A DNA stretch of 64,000 nt from Eubacteriales bacterium (GCA_045657425.1 JAZOTA010000081.1:3504-67503), one strand, 5' to 3'. Positions 12,583 through 23,059 are shown, counted from the first letter of the stretch. The notes: generated by a model not told the origin, from the sequence alone. Program-made: numbers and translations.

Positions 12583-13263
12583 TTATTTTTTAAGATAGTT
12601 TGTTTTCGCAAAGGTAAAGGGTATAACCGCATCGGCAACGTTGTCGAGCAAGATTCGCTTGCACGCCTTTATCGTTGCGCCGGTCGTATAAATATCGTCA
12701 ACAAGAAGTATCCTTTTATATCTTTTTGTCATATCGCGGTCCAAACGAAGCTGATATCTGCCGATAATGTTTTTTCTTCTCTCGCTCGCGCTCAACAGCT
12801 TCTGCTCGCGTCCGCCGACGCGCCTTAATGCGTGAACAACGGGAATGCCGTAAAGACGGGAAATCGCTTTTGCAAATTCCTTTGCCTGGTCATAACCGTA
12901 ACGCTTTTCACGTCTGCGTAAACGCGGTACGTAGGCAACTCCGTCATAGGAGGACATTTTAAGCCCCGTCGCATCGACCGCCAGCTCGGAAATAAAACGT
13001 ATCGCTTCGTCATCGGCATTGTATTTAATAAAATACATAAGCCGTCTTGAGCGAAAGCTGTTGTAAAAGAACATAAAGCGGTGACTGTCCTCGCCCGTGC
13101 ATTCGCATTCGTTAGCGCCTCTTCCGCAGGTACGGCACGGCTCGGTAAGTATTGATTGTAGGTCGGCAAGGCAATGCTTGCAAACCGGAAGCTCCTGATA
13201 GCACGCGTAATATCTGCACATCATACAGAGTGCGGGCGAACGATGTCTTAATTTCATGATCAC
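12583..13263 (-). CDS. ComF-family phosphoribosyltransferase-like competence protein
   Basis: N-terminal Cys pairs, YGYDQA, LLVDDIYTTGAT PRT motif. Confidence 0.85.
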   Translation of the reverse strand: MIMKLRHRSPALCMMCRYYACYQELPVCKHCLADLQSILTEPCRTCGRGANECECTGEDSHRFMFFYNSFRSRRLMYFIKYNADDEAIRFISELAVDATGLKMSSYDGVAYVPRLRRREKRYGYDQAKEFAKAISRLYGIPVVHALRRVGGREQKLLSASERRKNIIGRYQLRLDRDMTKRYKRILLVDDIYTTGATIKACKRILLDNVADAVIPFTFAKTNYLKK

Positions 13264-15452
13264 ACCAAGGGCAAAAGATGCTTCAGCGCAGTATGGCGGA
13301 TCGGTATTCGGTTGTTCGATACCATAACGCCGAGCGAACGGCTCGCACCGACGATGACCACCATTTCCCTTGCGCGGGTGACCGCAGTGTAAAGCAAATT
13401 TCTCGTCATAAGCGGAAAGGGTGCGTCAAACGAGGGGATGACGACGATGCGGTATTCACTGCCCTGACTTTTATGCGCGGTAACGGCATAAGCGTGCTCC
13501 AATTCCTCAAGCTGAGAAAAATCGTATTCGGTGATCCTTCCGTCGAAATCGACCGTCATGCTTTCGTTTCGGGTGTCGATCTCGCATATCCTTCCTACGT
13601 CACCGTTGAATATACCGCTTCCCGTTTCGTGTCCGCGCTTCCATTCGAGATCGTAATCGTTCTTTACCTGCATTACCTTATCGCCCTCGCGGAAGATGAC
13701 CGAGCCGTATTTCTTTTCGGCTTTCTTGGACGATTTCGGGTTAAGCGCATTCTGGAACATCGCGTTCAGCTCATAGGTGCCCAATGCGCCCTTGCGCGTG
13801 CAGGATATGACCTGAATTTCATCAAGCGGGTCGGCATTATACCTTTCGGGCAGACGCTTTGCCACGAAGGAAAGCAAAAGCGAAGCAATATTTTCGGCTC
13901 CGTTACGCTCGACAAAGAAGAAATCGTTATCACGCGAATTGAGCACCGGCATTTCGCCGCGATTTATCGCGTGGGCATTCATTATTATCAGGCTTTGCTC
14001 TGCCTGACGGAATATTTTGTCGAGCTTAACAACGTTAAAGCGCTCGGAATTGATGATATCGTTAAGACAATTGCCCGGTCCGACGGGCGGAAGCTGATCG
14101 GGGTCGCCGATAAGTATAAGATAACTGCCGACCTTGACCGCCTTCAACAAGGCGCACATAAGATTTGTGTCGACCATCGACATTTCGTCAATAATAATGA
14201 CCTTTTGGTTTATGGGGTTGTCCTCGTCGCGTTGGAAATGATGGTGTCCGTTGTCCGAAACGCTCGCCTCGAGCAAGCGGTGGATTGTTTTTGCCTCTCT
14301 TCCCGACGATTCAAACATTCTTTGTGCCGCTCTGCCCGTCGGCGCGGCAAGCACGCAGGAAAATTTAAGTATATCGCAAATATCAAGTATCGCCTTGATA
14401 ACAGTCGTTTTACCCGTACCCGGACCGCCGGTGATGACAGTTACACCGCCCGTCAGCGCATAGGATATCGCTGTTCGCTGTTCATCGGCATAGGTGATGT
14501 TATATTTCTGCTCAAGCACCTTGGTCTGCTCGTCGATACCCTCCAGAACAAAGGGGAATTTGAAATCGGCAAGCGCGCGGAGCTTTGCGGCGATATAGAC
14601 CTCGGCGGAATAAAGCTCGTGCAGGGCATAGGCGACGTCCTCGCCGATATCGAACTTTTTTATTTTTTCCTTCATAACGAGCCGACCGACCGCTTCACGT
14701 GCGACGTTTTCCGAAACGCCGAGCACCTTCGATGAAGCATTCAAAAGCTCATCTTCGGGAAGATAGCAATGACCGCCGTTGACAGATGCGACGGTAAGCG
14801 TGTGCACAACGCCTGCCTCGGCACGGTCGGGACTGTCGTGAGGAATGCCCAGCGACATCGCAACACGGTCTGCCTTTTCAAACCCGATACCGCTTATATC
14901 GTTGCAAAGGCGATAGGGTGTCATTTTAATGATATCGATAGCCGCCGAACCGTATGCCTTGAAGATCTTTACCGAAAGCGCAGGTCCGAAAAATTCGTTG
15001 CAGAACATCATAACGTTTCGCATTCCGAATTGCTCGGTATAGCTTTCGTGGATGTTGTCGGCGCGTTTGGGAGAAATGCCGCGAATATCACAAAGCCAAC
15101 GCGGATTGTTTTCGATAACCTCAAGCGAATCCTCGCCGAAACGGGCAACTATCCTTTCGGCGGTGACGGGGCCGATGCCCTTAATTGCGCCCGACGCAAG
15201 ATATTTAAGTATTGCCGCCTGAGTAGTAGGCAGCTTTTTTTCGAAATAGTCAACACGGAATTGACGTCCGAAGGTCGAATGGACCTGCCATTCGCCCTGA
15301 ACGCGAATGGTTTCGCCCTCACCGACGTAAGGCATTATGCCGACGAGCGTTATCGGATCGCCTCCGCAATTGATGGTGCAGACGGTGTATCCGTTTTCGC
15401 CGTTTGAGTATATTATGTCTTCAACAACGCCGTCAAGATACAGCTCGCCCAA
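13260..15452 (-). CDS. recD2: ATP-dependent RecD2-like helicase
   Basis: GIGP.TA HhH, TGGPGTGKTT, APTGRAA, IIDEMSM, GD.DQLPPVG, YA.TAHKSQGSE, LYTAVTRA; TTG start 15452 after AGGTGG. Confidence 0.93.
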   Translation of the reverse strand: MGELYLDGVVEDIIYSNGENGYTVCTINCGGDPITLVGIMPYVGEGETIRVQGEWQVHSTFGRQFRVDYFEKKLPTTQAAILKYLASGAIKGIGPVTAERIVARFGEDSLEVIENNPRWLCDIRGISPKRADNIHESYTEQFGMRNVMMFCNEFFGPALSVKIFKAYGSAAIDIIKMTPYRLCNDISGIGFEKADRVAMSLGIPHDSPDRAEAGVVHTLTVASVNGGHCYLPEDELLNASSKVLGVSENVAREAVGRLVMKEKIKKFDIGEDVAYALHELYSAEVYIAAKLRALADFKFPFVLEGIDEQTKVLEQKYNITYADEQRTAISYALTGGVTVITGGPGTGKTTVIKAILDICDILKFSCVLAAPTGRAAQRMFESSGREAKTIHRLLEASVSDNGHHHFQRDEDNPINQKVIIIDEMSMVDTNLMCALLKAVKVGSYLILIGDPDQLPPVGPGNCLNDIINSERFNVVKLDKIFRQAEQSLIIMNAHAINRGEMPVLNSRDNDFFFVERNGAENIASLLLSFVAKRLPERYNADPLDEIQVISCTRKGALGTYELNAMFQNALNPKSSKKAEKKYGSVIFREGDKVMQVKNDYDLEWKRGHETGSGIFNGDVGRICEIDTRNESMTVDFDGRITEYDFSQLEELEHAYAVTAHKSQGSEYRIVVIPSFDAPFPLMTRNLLYTAVTRAREMVVIVGASRSLGVMVSNNRIPIRHTALKHLLPLV

Positions 15453-15456
15453 AATA

Positions 15457-15705
15457 CTACCACCTTTTGATGTAAACTTTACGCACCTCGTCCGCACAAA
15501 CGCGGCGGATGACCTCCTCCTGCTCGGCATCGGTGCGGCATATAATCAACATATCGGGCTTTGCGCCGTCAAGAAGCTTCTCATCGAAGCAAAGACAGAT
15601 AAAGCTCACCCTTTTTGCACGCGACGCGCGAACAAATTCAAGCACGGCAAGTATTACGCCGAGCGATGCCAGCGCCGCAAGTAAAACGTCACGAAAAATT
15701 GCCAT
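15457..15705 (-). CDS. Small hypothetical protein with N-terminal TM helix
   Basis: GAGGTG RBS, N-terminal hydrophobic helix, abuts recD2. Confidence 0.65.
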   Translation of the reverse strand: MAIFRDVLLAALASLGVILAVLEFVRASRAKRVSFICLCFDEKLLDGAKPDMLIICRTDAEQEEVIRRVCADEVRKVYIKRW

Positions 15706-15797
15706 ACCTAATCACCTCTTATTATATTATACGCAAGAATAAATTGCAAGTGAAAAAGAAAATTTAACCGCCTTCAACACACCAAAAAACAACAAAA

Positions 15798-15823
15798 ACC
15801 CGACGCATTTTACTGCGTCGGGT
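15798..15823 (-). terminator. Intrinsic terminator
   Basis: ACCCGACGCA/TGCGTCGGGT stem with a U-tract on the minus strand. Confidence 0.75.
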
Positions 15824-15846
15824 CAAAAGCTCGTGAAAGTTCGGTT

Positions 15847-16560
15847 TTATTTCATTTTATATCCGCACTGATTGCAGAAATTCGCTTGCGGTCTGACAAT
15901 GTTTCCGCAGGACGGACAGCGCTTTACATACTGCTCGCCGTTATTGGGAGAAGCGAACACCTCTTCGCCGACAAAGTCGGAAAAAAGATCAACGTCGTTA
16001 CTCGCTTCGTCAAAGGGACCTGCGTTAAGCCGGGCTTCCGCAATTTCTTCAACTGCTTCGCCGTTCGCAATTTCTTCGGCAATTTCTTCTGCAGATTCTT
16101 CAACCGTTTCTTCGGCAAATTCTTCCGCTACTTCTTCAACGATGCTACGGGAAGCGGCTTCGTAAAGCTTTACGTCATCAGCTTCTTCGGCAACCGTTTC
16201 CTCAACCTTTTCAGGTTCTTCCCGAATAGCTTGAGGCGCTTGAACGGGTTGTGCGGATTGTGTGGGTTTAACAGAATTAAAGTAACCGTTTCGGAGGATA
16301 GCAAGTATTTCGGCATTGATTCGGGCATTTTCCTCGCAGGATTTAATAAGCGTGCCGTAGCCGTAAATCATATAGGTCGCAACGAGCGAGATAACAAACC
16401 CCACTGCCGCACCGATAACACCGCCGATAACAGGCCACGCCCAGCCGAGCATTACGCCGTTGATAATTCCTGCGGCAAGCACCAAAAGCGATGCGATACA
16501 CAAAAGTATAAAGAAAACTATCGCCACGCCGCGAATCTTTCTGCCAACGTTTTTAAACAT
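15847..16560 (-). CDS. Membrane protein with acidic linker and C-terminal zinc ribbon
   Basis: Two N-terminal TMs, E/A-rich linker, CPSCG..FCNQCG. Confidence 0.8.
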   Translation of the reverse strand: MFKNVGRKIRGVAIVFFILLCIASLLVLAAGIINGVMLGWAWPVIGGVIGAAVGFVISLVATYMIYGYGTLIKSCEENARINAEILAILRNGYFNSVKPTQSAQPVQAPQAIREEPEKVEETVAEEADDVKLYEAASRSIVEEVAEEFAEETVEESAEEIAEEIANGEAVEEIAEARLNAGPFDEASNDVDLFSDFVGEEVFASPNNGEQYVKRCPSCGNIVRPQANFCNQCGYKMK

Positions 16561-16578
16561 AGTGTTTCACCTCGTAAA

Positions 16579-17004
16579 TTACTTGTTGATAATATCGAAA
16601 TATCCCATACTTGAGGGGGTGAAATAGACGTCGACGTTTCGCAAATGAGTGTTGAGCACTATCATTTTGAAGCCGTTATAGGAATATTCACAGCTTCCGT
16701 CGGGGTAAACAAAGCACGTGAGGTCTCCGTTTTCGTAATCGGCTTTTGCAGAAGCGATAATTTCTTCAATGGTAATATCGCCCGAATCGAGCGCCATTTC
16801 AAGCATTTTCGCCTCACCGTTTATATTGACCATCATAAGTCCGCCGACAACGTAAACCACACGATCCTCGGTGTAGAAGATGTAATCGAGCTTGTCGCTT
16901 CCGTCGGGGGTGTAGCTTAAATTATATTCGTTTCCGCCCGAGCAGGCAGAAAACGAAAGTGCAGTTACCAAAACAAGTAAAAATGCAATGATTCTTTTAT
17001 TCAT
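16579..17004 (-). CDS. Hypothetical lipoprotein
   Basis: MNKRIIAFLLVLVTALSFSA-C lipobox; start 17004 overlaps the ftsK stop. Confidence 0.75.
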   Translation of the reverse strand: MNKRIIAFLLVLVTALSFSACSGGNEYNLSYTPDGSDKLDYIFYTEDRVVYVVGGLMMVNINGEAKMLEMALDSGDITIEEIIASAKADYENGDLTCFVYPDGSCEYSYNGFKMIVLNTHLRNVDVYFTPSSMGYFDIINK

Positions 17005-19429
17005 TTTCGGACTCCTTTTTCGGTTCGCCGTTGAGCTTAAGCTCGGCAAACTGCTCACGCGTGATAAGGATGTTGCGCTTTTTGGTTGCCGCATCGAACT
17101 CGCCGATATATCCGCGGCGCTCCATTTTGTCAATAATTCTTGCCGCACGCGCATAGCCCAGAGAAAGGCGGCGCTGAAGCAACGAGGTCGAAACCGTACC
17201 GCTTTCGATAGCAACCTCGATAGCGTCCATAAACATCGGATCGGTTTTGTCGTCGCCGTCGTCGGCTTCCGCCGCTGCAGCGGCTTTTTTGCCCTTCATA
17301 CCGCAGAGCTTTGCTTCCTGCTCGATCTGTTTCATAATAGCATCGTCGTATTGTGCTTGAGCCGCTTCCTTTATGAACTGCGTAACGGCGGCAACCTCGC
17401 CCTTGCCGTCGACGAACGCACCCTGAACACGGATAGGCTTCATTGCGCCTACGGGATAGTAAAGCATATCGCCCTTACCGAGCAGCTTTTCTGCGCCCGT
17501 CATATCCAGAATTGTACGCGAGTCGACCGCCGAGGTGGTGGTCAATGCGATTCTCGAAGGAATATTTGCCTTGATAAGACCGGTGATAACGTCAACCGAG
17601 GGTCTTTGAGTACCGATAACAAGGTGGATGCCTGCCGCACGCGCCTTTTGAGCAAGACGGCAAACCGAGGTTTCAACGTCATCGGGCGCGGTCATCATCA
17701 AATCGGCAAACTCGTCGATAAAGATAACGATTTGAGGCATAAGCTCACGCTCGGGGTCGTTTGCGACCGCATTGTTATAGCCCATAAGGTCACGCGCACC
17801 GACCTCCTGAATAAGACGGTAGCGCTTTTCCATTTCGCTACAAGCCCAATTAAGTGTACCTGCCGCATTCTTCGGGTCGTTGATAACCGGCACGAGAAGG
17901 TGCGGAATATCCTTATAGTCCGAAAATTCAACGGTTTTCGGGTCGATGAGTATTAATTTTACATCGTTGGGGTGGTTGCGGTAAAGCAGAGAGATAATTA
18001 ACGAGTTGATACAAACCGATTTACCCTGACCTGTTGCACCTGCAACCAAAAGGTGAGGCATTTTTGCGATATCGAGGTAAACGGGACTGCCTGCGACGTC
18101 CTCGCCGAGCGAACAGAAAAGTCGGCTCTTGTTGTCGCGGAAGATTTGGTTATCGATAAGACCGCGGAGCCGCACGGTAGAGGTCGCCTTGTTGGGAATT
18201 TCAACGCCGACCGCCGCTTTTCCGGGGATGTTTTCTATTCTTACCGCAGTTGCGGCAAGGTGAAGCGCAATATCGTCGGAAAGGTTGGATATCGCCTTTA
18301 CTCTTACGCCCGTTTCGGGCTGAAGCTCATAGCGTGTGACTGTCGGACCGTAGGTGGAATTGATGACCTTTGCCTTTACGTTGAAGCTTGCAAGGACCTC
18401 TTCCAGCTTACGGCTTGTCCTTTCGACCTCTGCACCCGAGGGTCCGCCCGTTCCGTTACCCGAATCGGCGGTAAGCAGGGATATCGGAGGAAATACGTAA
18501 GGCGTATCCTCGATCGGCTCAAGACAAAGCTCCTCGTCGTCGCTGTCATCCGACTCTTCCGCGCTCTCGATCGTTTCGGGAATCGTTTCGAGCTCGGTCT
18601 TTTCCTCAATGGGTTCGGGCTTGACCTGATCTGCCACCGGTTCCGACGGATCGGGAGATAACTCGGTATCGGTCGCCGCATTATATTCGGAAATTGTTTC
18701 GTATTCGCTCTTTTCTTCCACAGCAGGGTCTTCGGGAAGCGCAACGGGAAGCTCGGTTTTTGCTTCCTCAAGCTTCTTCTTACGGCGAGGAGCCGGAATT
18801 TCCAATTCCTCATCTTCCTCGTCATCCTCACGCGATTCCTTTGCGCGCGCCGCCGCATCACGGAAGTAATTGAATATCGCCATAACGGTATCCTTGGGGG
18901 TTGCACCGCAAAGAAGCACGGTACAGATAAAGATACCCAAAATCGCAAGGACCATCGAAGCGGCAGTGCCGATCGTCACGATGAAAAGCATTGCGATAGA
19001 ACCGCTTATAAGACCTGCGCTCTGAAGCTCGATGCCCTGCGCGTAAAGCTGATTTATCGCCGGCTCCTCGCTTCCTGCAACAAGTATCTGCACGAATATC
19101 GAAATAAAGATAAATTCAAGTGCATATATAACATATTTCGTCTTTGCAACGTTGTTCGCGTGGTCGCGTCCCCAAAGAATATCGATAATGAGAATAAGAA
19201 ACGGAACGACGTAATACATCGGTCCGAACAAGCCCTTCAAAAAGGTAGCGATAATATTGCCGAACCAACCGTTGTTAATGGCAGGGATGAAGGTGAGTAT
19301 GATGAAAAAAGCAACAAAGCCGACCGCCCAGCGTATTATCTCGGTGCGCTCGATTTTAATTTGCTTTTGCTTGGAATTGCCGGAATTATTTGATTTTTTA
19401 ACGTTCTTTGTTTTTTTCTTATCCGCCAC
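16997..19429 (-). CDS. ftsK: DNA translocase FtsK/SpoIIIE
   Basis: N-terminal TMs, GPTVTRYE, PHLLVAGATGQGKS, IDEFADLM, QRPSVDVITG, gamma domain LQRRLSLGYARAARIID. Confidence 0.95.
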   Translation of the reverse strand: MADKKKTKNVKKSNNSGNSKQKQIKIERTEIIRWAVGFVAFFIILTFIPAINNGWFGNIIATFLKGLFGPMYYVVPFLILIIDILWGRDHANNVAKTKYVIYALEFIFISIFVQILVAGSEEPAINQLYAQGIELQSAGLISGSIAMLFIVTIGTAASMVLAILGIFICTVLLCGATPKDTVMAIFNYFRDAAARAKESREDDEEDEELEIPAPRRKKKLEEAKTELPVALPEDPAVEEKSEYETISEYNAATDTELSPDPSEPVADQVKPEPIEEKTELETIPETIESAEESDDSDDEELCLEPIEDTPYVFPPISLLTADSGNGTGGPSGAEVERTSRKLEEVLASFNVKAKVINSTYGPTVTRYELQPETGVRVKAISNLSDDIALHLAATAVRIENIPGKAAVGVEIPNKATSTVRLRGLIDNQIFRDNKSRLFCSLGEDVAGSPVYLDIAKMPHLLVAGATGQGKSVCINSLIISLLYRNHPNDVKLILIDPKTVEFSDYKDIPHLLVPVINDPKNAAGTLNWACSEMEKRYRLIQEVGARDLMGYNNAVANDPERELMPQIVIFIDEFADLMMTAPDDVETSVCRLAQKARAAGIHLVIGTQRPSVDVITGLIKANIPSRIALTTTSAVDSRTILDMTGAEKLLGKGDMLYYPVGAMKPIRVQGAFVDGKGEVAAVTQFIKEAAQAQYDDAIMKQIEQEAKLCGMKGKKAAAAAEADDGDDKTDPMFMDAIEVAIESGTVSTSLLQRRLSLGYARAARIIDKMERRGYIGEFDAATKKRNILITREQFAELKLNGEPKKESENE

Positions 19430-19441
19430 TGCAAGCTCCTT

Positions 19442-20281
19442 TTAATTCAACGCGATATCCGCAACGATTGCGACAACGCCGATTATTACGCTATATACCG
19501 AAAATACGGCAAAGCCCTTGTTTTTGGAAATGTACTGAAGCAATTTGATTGCAAAAAATCCGACCACAGCCGCAACGACTGCGCCGACAATGACGGGCAC
19601 AAGCATATTTTCCGCCATGCCCTCGGAAAAAAGGTCGGGCAATTCGGTAACGCAGGCGCCGAGAATTGCAGGTATTGACATCAAAAATGAAAACCTGACC
19701 GCTTCCTCACGCGAGAATCCGAAAATTCTGCCGCCCGTAATGGTCGAGCCCGAACGGGAAATGCCGGGCATTATGCCGATAAGCGCCTGAACGATGCCGA
19801 CGCCCAACGGTCTTAAATATCCGCCGTTTTCCGCCTTTAATTCGGTCTGCTTTAAGCGGTCGCTGACAAAAAGCATCGTTCCGTTGATGATAAGCAAAAT
19901 GCCGATTATCCATGAAACCGTGCTGATCGCCTCGACCGTTTCGTCAAGCCCCAAAAGCTTAACCGGAACAAGCGGAAGCGTTGCGACGCAAAGCATTAAA
20001 AACAGCTTTTCGCCCGAATCAAGTCCCTGCTTGAGCTTTCCGGTAAAAAGCTTTTTAACAAGCGAGAAAAAGCCCGTAATAAGCGCAAGCACGTCCTTGC
20101 GGAAGACGACGCATACCGAAAGAAGCGTTGCGAGATGAAGCGCAATGTTGAAGGCAAAGCTGTTTTCGGCTTGGGTGCCGAAAAAGTTTTGCGCCAGGGC
20201 AAGATGTCCCGAGCTTGATATAGGCAAAAATTCGGCAATGCCCTGTATTATTCCGTATATTACCGCTTCAATTACGCTCAC
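19442..20281 (-). CDS. uppP: Undecaprenyl-diphosphate phosphatase
   Basis: QGIAEFLPISSSGHL, PGISRSGST, RFSFLMSIP; probable GTG start 20281. Confidence 0.93.
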   Translation of the reverse strand: MSVIEAVIYGIIQGIAEFLPISSSGHLALAQNFFGTQAENSFAFNIALHLATLLSVCVVFRKDVLALITGFFSLVKKLFTGKLKQGLDSGEKLFLMLCVATLPLVPVKLLGLDETVEAISTVSWIIGILLIINGTMLFVSDRLKQTELKAENGGYLRPLGVGIVQALIGIMPGISRSGSTITGGRIFGFSREEAVRFSFLMSIPAILGACVTELPDLFSEGMAENMLVPVIVGAVVAAVVGFFAIKLLQYISKNKGFAVFSVYSVIIGVVAIVADIALN

Positions 20282-20326
20282 GTCAATGCATTCCCTTCGA
20301 TACAATATAATTTATGCATATTCTTC

Positions 20327-20355
20327 ATTATAACGATATATTCTTTGATTGTCAA
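20327..20355 (-). promoter_or_regulatory. Sigma-A promoter for uppP-ftsK
   Basis: Minus strand TTGACA-N17-TATAAT, perfect consensus. Confidence 0.8.
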
Positions 20356-20400
20356 GATACCGCTGTGTTCGGGGCGTATACGCAAGGTTAAAACATTCGA

Positions 20401-20434
20401 TTGACAAACCGATTCTTTTAGTGTATAATCGGTT
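20401..20434 (+). promoter_or_regulatory. Sigma-A promoter overlapped by a palindromic candidate operator
   Basis: TTGACA(20401)-N17-TATAAT(20424) with TG extension; AACCGATT-N12-AATCGGTT at 20407-20434. Confidence 0.75.
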
Positions 20435-20469
20435 GTAACTGATTTGAATTTATTTAAGGAGATGAGCTT

Positions 20470-21444
20470 TTGTCCTCTGCTTTTAAAAACTTTTTCATCA
20501 CCTTCGCAATATGCCTTTTGGTGTTTGCATTCGTCGGCTTTACGTTTGTTTACGATTGGCTTTTGGACGTGCTTAATTTCAACGATCTCGGTGACACCTC
20601 CGAAACCGTATCTACCGACGTTTCGGGCGAAACCTCCGAGGAACAGTCCGAAACGATAACCCCCGACACGGGTGTTGATGAAAACGGCGACGTTTTCACG
20701 GCGTTTATTATGTGTGTCGATTCCAATGGTAAAATGCTTAACGGCGTGTTTGTGGATGCAAACGGCAAGAGCAAGCAGTATATCTATTGCCCTATTTCCG
20801 CAAACACCAAAACTGTTAATGAAATAGGCGTTTCGATTCCTCTTAACGATCTTTTCACCGCAATGTCGCCCGAAGAGGTCGCACAATGCGTTACGTCGCT
20901 TACCGGAATTAAAACCGACTACTGCCTGCGCTTCGACCGCGAGGGTCTTAAGACGATAGTTCGTTCTATCCCCGGCGCATACGTTGAATTGGGTTCTACC
21001 GAAACGATTACCGTTCTTAACCCGATTTACAGCAGCTATATTCCCGACGAAAGCACGCCCGTGCCCGAGGATTTGTATATCACCGTTCAGAACAATGCCG
21101 ACGGCAAGGTGCTTCTGAACGACCTTATCGGCAACCGTACCGCACTTGAATGGCTTTTGGAGTACAATCCCACCCACGACGGCTCGGAATATAACGCGCT
21201 TTACACCAAGATTGCAAAATCGGTGATCCGCCAATTCCTCATTCAGGAAAACGCGATGAAGAGCACCGAAATTATGTCGATGCTTATCGCCAACTGCGAA
21301 ACGAATATGACGCTCGACGATGCATCCGCACATATCGACACAATTTTTTCCTACAACACCTTTAAACGTCACGAGCTTAACTATCCCACCAACTGGGAGC
21401 AGGCGGTTATCAGGCTCCGCGAGCTTGACGGCACATTGAACTAA
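20470..21444 (+). CDS. Divergent LytR-CpsA-Psr (LCP)-like membrane-anchored protein
   Basis: N-terminal TM, acidic linker, then LCP-like segments (FIMCVD, CPIS.NT, LTGIKTDY, ETNMT); TTG start. Confidence 0.55.
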   Translation: MSSAFKNFFITFAICLLVFAFVGFTFVYDWLLDVLNFNDLGDTSETVSTDVSGETSEEQSETITPDTGVDENGDVFTAFIMCVDSNGKMLNGVFVDANGKSKQYIYCPISANTKTVNEIGVSIPLNDLFTAMSPEEVAQCVTSLTGIKTDYCLRFDREGLKTIVRSIPGAYVELGSTETITVLNPIYSSYIPDESTPVPEDLYITVQNNADGKVLLNDLIGNRTALEWLLEYNPTHDGSEYNALYTKIAKSVIRQFLIQENAMKSTEIMSMLIANCETNMTLDDASAHIDTIFSYNTFKRHELNYPTNWEQAVIRLRELDGTLN

Positions 21445-21462
21445 AGCAAAAGGAGCTTTGTT

Positions 21463-22752
21463 ATGAGCAAAGAATATTCTCCCGCTACAAAATGCATACA
21501 TTCGGGTTATCATCCCGCAAACGGCGAGCCGTTGGCTTTGCCGATATATCAAAGCACAACCTATTCCTATTCCTCCCCCACCGATATCGGTAAGCTTTTC
21601 GACCTTACCGCAGACGGTCACATGTATTCGCGCATATCCAACCCCACGGTTGCGTGCGTTGAAGAAAAGATTGCAGACCTCGAAGGCGGCATCGCCGCAC
21701 TTTGCACCAGCTCGGGACAAGCGGCAAGCTTCCTTGCCATTGCAAACATTGCATCGGCAGGCGATCATATTCTCGTTTCCTCGAAGATCTACGGCGGTAC
21801 GACAAACCTTTTCAACGTAACGCTTAAGCGCTTCGGTATCGACTGCACCTTTTTCGATCAGGATATTTCAAACGACGAAATAGAAGCGCTTATCCAACCC
21901 AACACAAAGCTTATTTTCGGCGAAACTATTGCAAACCCTGCGCTTTCGGTCTTTGATATCGAAAGAATTGCAAAGGTAGCGCACAAGGCGGGTATTCCTC
22001 TTGTCGTTGACAATACCTTTGCTACCGGCGTGCTTTGCAGACCTATCGATTTCGGCGCGGATATCGTTGTGCTTTCCACCACGAAATATATGGACGGTCA
22101 CGCAGTACAGCTTGGCGGCTGTGTTGTCGACAGCGGTAATTTCGATTGGACTCAAAACGATAAATTCCAAGGTCTTTGCACTCCCGACGAATCCTATCAC
22201 GGAATCGTTTATACCGAATCCTTCGGCAAGCTTGCCTACATAACCAAAATGCGTGTTCAGCTTATGCGCGATTTCGGTGTTTACCCAACCGCACAGGCGG
22301 CATTTCTTCTCGACCTCGGTATGCAAACGCTCGACGTTCGCCTTGAGCGTCACTGCCAAAACGCTTATGCCGTTGCAAAATTCCTTGAGGAAAGCGGTTA
22401 TGCCGAATACGTTAACTATGCAGGACTTGAAAGCAACAAATACAACGGTCTTGCGAAGAAATATCTTCCCAAGGGCTGCTGCGGTGTAGTTTCGTTCTGC
22501 ATCAAGGGCGGACGCGAAAAGGCGGAAAAGTTTATGAACTCTCTTTCGCTTTTCGTAAACGCAGTTCACGTTGCGACCGTTCATTCCTGTGTGCTTCATC
22601 CCGCAAGCTCGACTCACCGTCAGTTAAGCGACGAAATGCTTGTTAAGGCAGGCATCGATGCAGGTCTTATCCGTATTTCGGTCGGTATAGAAAATATCGA
22701 GGATATTCTTGATGACCTTAAACAGGCGCTTGATTGCGCTTTCAACGGTTAA
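21463..22752 (+). CDS. metY: O-acetylhomoserine aminocarboxypropyltransferase / sulfhydrylase
   Basis: PIYQSTTY, YSRISNPT, SSGQAA, ETIANP, VDNTFAT, STTKY.DGH PLP site, HPASSTHRQL. Confidence 0.9.
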   Translation: MSKEYSPATKCIHSGYHPANGEPLALPIYQSTTYSYSSPTDIGKLFDLTADGHMYSRISNPTVACVEEKIADLEGGIAALCTSSGQAASFLAIANIASAGDHILVSSKIYGGTTNLFNVTLKRFGIDCTFFDQDISNDEIEALIQPNTKLIFGETIANPALSVFDIERIAKVAHKAGIPLVVDNTFATGVLCRPIDFGADIVVLSTTKYMDGHAVQLGGCVVDSGNFDWTQNDKFQGLCTPDESYHGIVYTESFGKLAYITKMRVQLMRDFGVYPTAQAAFLLDLGMQTLDVRLERHCQNAYAVAKFLEESGYAEYVNYAGLESNKYNGLAKKYLPKGCCGVVSFCIKGGREKAEKFMNSLSLFVNAVHVATVHSCVLHPASSTHRQLSDEMLVKAGIDAGLIRISVGIENIEDILDDLKQALDCAFNG

Positions 22753-22859
22753 TTAAGGTAAAAATACCAAAAACTTTTTGTTCAAAAGTGTCGAATAGAT
22801 ATTGAAATTCGTAATTAATTGTGATATAAAGTAAGTAATAAATACGGAGGTGTTACATT

Positions 22860-23033
22860 ATGGCATATTCTATCATTAACGACGTTTGCATCGGATGCGG
22901 TACCTGCGAAGCAGAATGCCCCGTAAGCGCTATCTCTGTTGGCGATGACGGCAAGTACGTAATCGACGCTGATCTCTGCCTCGACTGCGGCGCATGCGCA
23001 GGCGTATGTCCCGTTGATGCTCCTCAAGCGTAA
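22860..23033 (+). CDS. 2[4Fe-4S] ferredoxin, 57 aa (absent from the ORF track)
   Basis: MAYSIINDVCIGCGTCEAECPVSAISVGDDGKYVIDADLCLDCGACAGVCPVDAPQA*; two CxxCxxCxxxCP motifs; GGAGG RBS. Confidence 0.95.
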   Translation: MAYSIINDVCIGCGTCEAECPVSAISVGDDGKYVIDADLCLDCGACAGVCPVDAPQA

Positions 23034-23059
23034 GAGCAAAAATTAAGGGCTGAAACCCG

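Noticed and set aside
22815-23039. 74-aa minus-strand ORF
   Set aside because: It is the antisense shadow of the plus-strand ferredoxin at 22860-23033.
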